Positions 61,497-64,000 of a stretch of 64,000 bases of DNA are shown one piece after another (positions within the stretch are counted from its first letter, which is position 1; every line of letters begins with the position of its first letter). Made by a program: the position numbers and the translations under genes. The notes below the pieces were generated by a model. It saw only the letters and a program-made list of their open reading frames with translations. It ran no database searches and was not told where the DNA came from. The DNA comes from Phycisphaeraceae bacterium (GTDB lineage Bacteria; Planctomycetota; Phycisphaerae; Phycisphaerales; Phycisphaeraceae): positions 4,576,001-4,640,000 of the forward strand of contig OY771506.1 in the NCBI GenBank assembly GCA_963674705.1, in the 5' to 3' direction.

Positions 61497-62834
61497 GTGC
61501 AAAGACCGGGCATACAATTCACGCGCATGGTGCTGCTGCTGATCGGCTCGGCAGTATTCATGATCCCGCTGCTATGGATGGTCTCCACCGCGATCAAGCC
61601 GATCGATCAAACGATGACGATGCCGCCGAAGTGGCTGCCGACCAAGGCGGTCACCACGATCGATAACCAATCCGTTGAAGTCGGCGTGGGCAAGATTCCT
61701 GACGATGCCGGAGCGGATACCGAGGTGTCGATCACCGCGGCTTATCAGTACATCGTCGGGCAAAGCCCCGTGCGCATGGTTGAAGAAGCCGGCTCTGATC
61801 AAGTGGTCGTGGAAGTCAACTACCATCTGGAAGCTACGATTGACGGCAAGGACTACCCGATCCGTCGGGTTAAAAACTTTTCTCTTGAGCCCGCAGCAGG
61901 CGAGACCGAAGTGGCGGTGATCAATCCGGACGGCTCGATGCGCCGCCGGCTTGTCAAGGAAGATGCGATACGCAAGATCCCGGACGACTCGGCTGAGGCG
62001 GTGAGTCAATCCTACAGCTTTACCGTACAAGAAGTCTATCCGGCTGATGAGGTAGCCAAGCGATATGTGCCGTGGAACGATCGGCAGAAGTACGCCCATG
62101 TTATGACGGAGAACCGTATAGCAACGCTGGGTAGCCTGGACGAAAGCACAGACATACAGTGGAGCAACTTTTCCGAAGCCGTCCACGAGATGAAACACTT
62201 CTGGGTGTATTTGGGTAATACGTTGGCGTTGTGTCTGTTGACCGTGATCGGAACAGCGATGTCAAGCGCGATCGTGGCGTACGGCTTTTCGCGAATCGAC
62301 TGGCCCGGGCGCGACAAGGTTTTCCTGTTCGTGCTGGGCACGATGATGATCCCACTGCCGGTCGTGATGGTGCCGTTGTACAGCTTATTCCGCGAGTTGG
62401 GATGGATCGGGACGCTGAGGCCGCTTTGGGTGCCGGCGTTTTTCGCCAGTGCGTTTAACGTCTTCCTGTTGCGGCAGTTCTTCAGGACCATCCCCAGCGA
62501 GCTATCCGAGGCGGCGCGGATCGATGGGTGCAGTGAGCTGCGCATCTTTCTGCAGGTGATTGTGCCGCTGGCGAAACCTTCGATTACCGTGGTGGCGTTG
62601 TTCCAGTTTCTTTATACGTGGAACGACTTCCTTGGGCCGTTGATCTATCTGACGGATGAGAAGGACTACACGCTGGCGCTGGCGTTGCAAGCGTTCCAGA
62701 GCCAACAGGGCGGAACACAATGGCACTACCTGATGGCGGCGAGCACACTCGTTGTCGCGCCGATCATCTTCCTGTTCTTCCTGACGCAGCGCACCTTCAT
62801 CGAAGGCGTATCCATGAGTGGATTGAAGGGTTAG
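61497..62834 (+). CDS. Sugar ABC transporter permease (MalG-like) with a large extramembrane insertion
   Basis: GTG start; PLLWMVSTAIK, ELSEAARIDG, WNDFLGPLIYL and QRTFIEG. Confidence 0.9.
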   Translation: MQRPGIQFTRMVLLLIGSAVFMIPLLWMVSTAIKPIDQTMTMPPKWLPTKAVTTIDNQSVEVGVGKIPDDAGADTEVSITAAYQYIVGQSPVRMVEEAGSDQVVVEVNYHLEATIDGKDYPIRRVKNFSLEPAAGETEVAVINPDGSMRRRLVKEDAIRKIPDDSAEAVSQSYSFTVQEVYPADEVAKRYVPWNDRQKYAHVMTENRIATLGSLDESTDIQWSNFSEAVHEMKHFWVYLGNTLALCLLTVIGTAMSSAIVAYGFSRIDWPGRDKVFLFVLGTMMIPLPVVMVPLYSLFRELGWIGTLRPLWVPAFFASAFNVFLLRQFFRTIPSELSEAARIDGCSELRIFLQVIVPLAKPSITVVALFQFLYTWNDFLGPLIYLTDEKDYTLALALQAFQSQQGGTQWHYLMAASTLVVAPIIFLFFLTQRTFIEGVSMSGLKG

Positions 62835-62977
62835 AGCCTGTTTATATGTATAGAATCCAACTGAAATGGGTGCCACATCTTGATCGCGCAGCGACAAGGT
62901 GTGCTACTACCCGCACACTTTGCTCCTACGGAGTCAAAGTGTGGCACCCATCACGTGAAGATTGGGTTCAACCTGCA

Positions 62978-64000
62978 CTAACGTCTGTTGAATAACCCAC
63001 AGGAAAATAGACTCAAAGTCCATATCACGGCCGGTTCGGGTATGACTATGCCTGCGACTGGTGGTAGGCTCGCGTTCCAGTTATTCAATATCACATCGAG
63101 ATCGCTCAATCCGACATACCCATCGCCTATGCCGGCCAGGTCGCCTTGACTTATATCGCCGACAGGAACAACCTGGTTCCAATGATTCAAGACCACATCG
63201 ATGTCATCGAGCCCGACAAAACCATCGCCGTTGATATCACCTGCGAGCCAGTCGTAGTCCAGAATCAGCGTGAGTGTGCTTTGCGGGGCTAACACGACGG
63301 AGATCGTATTGCCATTCAAAGCCAAGGCATACTCTGACGCGTCGCCATTGATGAACCGGACCGCTCGATCCAACGTTAACAAAGACATCCCTTCGAACTG
63401 CAACTCGCGCTGTTGTGCCTGATCGGTGGTGTTGGCCATCGCGACGATCAGTTTGTCTTCGCTGGCGACAGCGGCGGCGTTGATCCCGTTACTACGACCC
63501 AATCCTTCAATCGCATGGGCATCGTCAGGCAATTCGGTCAACAGGGCTTCCAAAACATGGTAAGTCGGGCGCTCGGTGCCATCGAGGCGGCGCAAGCCCC
63601 ACGTTGAATTGCTCCAGGTTTTGTCTGCTGCTTCCCAGAGGATGAGTGCGGACGCCCCATTGTTTAGAAGCGTAATCGTGTTATCAAACACACGCACTGC
63701 AAATGCGGATTGATCGGCAGCACCGCCCCCGGAATCGGGGCTGCCGTAGTCGATGCCGCCGTAACTCGATATCGAGGTAGCGTATTCAGTGATGAAGACG
63801 GGCTTATCGCCGCTTGGATCGGCTGTGTTGATCGCGTTATTGAACACCTGGACCTGCCCTTCCAGACCGGCCCAGTCGTCCCACGCATGCGCCGACCAGC
63901 CGGCCAATGAATTGACGGCGTTGGCATCCAGCGCATCAACCCAGTCCGTTACCTCGTGCCAGTTCCATGTCCGCGTTCCACCGATCTCACTCAAGCCCGG
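62978..64000 (-). CDS. 5'-truncated clan GH-A-like glycoside hydrolase + dockerin-like + PEP-CTERM
   Basis: Frame open to the window end; SAHAW, KPVFITEY (nucleophile-like), WGL..DGTERPTY; GDINGDGFVGLDDID; IPEPAVI...NRR. Confidence 0.7.
   Translation of the reverse strand, partial: PGLSEIGGTRTWNWHEVTDWVDALDANAVNSLAGWSAHAWDDWAGLEGQVQVFNNAINTADPSGDKPVFITEYATSISSYGGIDYGSPDSGGGAADQSAFAVRVFDNTITLLNNGASALILWEAADKTWSNSTWGLRRLDGTERPTYHVLEALLTELPDDAHAIEGLGRSNGINAAAVASEDKLIVAMANTTDQAQQRELQFEGMSLLTLDRAVRFINGDASEYALALNGNTISVVLAPQSTLTLILDYDWLAGDINGDGFVGLDDIDVVLNHWNQVVPVGDISQGDLAGIGDGYVGLSDLDVILNNWNASLPPVAGIVIPEPAVIWTLSLFSCGLFNRR

Overview
GC-rich bacterial chromosomal window. PEP-CTERM anchors, a LEPR-XLL protein, a DUF1559-like prepilin and repeated dockerin-like 'GDLNxDGFVGLDDLDI' modules point to Planctomycetota, probably Phycisphaerae (inference). 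I found no rRNA, tRNA, CRISPR array or mobile element. Six blocks: (1) 1-9.4 kb, glycan catabolism: two unknown proteins, GH127/146, GH36 and a beta-helix protein. (2) 9.7-25.2 kb, three giant surface proteins; the third is split by a 1-bp frameshift. (3) 25.5-43 kb, a minus-strand LacI locus: LamG/PEP-CTERM proteins, prepilin, four BNR/sialidase-like proteins, Na+ symporter, nucleoside hydrolase, DapA-family aldolase, ribokinase and two URO-D-family proteins. (4) 43.8-53.2 kb, a YqiJ/NfeD-like, flotillin, giant AAA+ ATPase and PspA-like operon. (5) 53.2-62.8 kb, two paralogous PEP-CTERM proteins flanking an AlkP-TPR enzyme, a divergent XylR-type regulator and a sugar ABC transporter, linked by a shared 12-bp motif. 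(6) A partial glycoside hydrolase-dockerin-PEP-CTERM gene. The best candidates for an undescribed system are blocks 5 and 4. All family assignments come from motifs recognised by eye; no searches were run.
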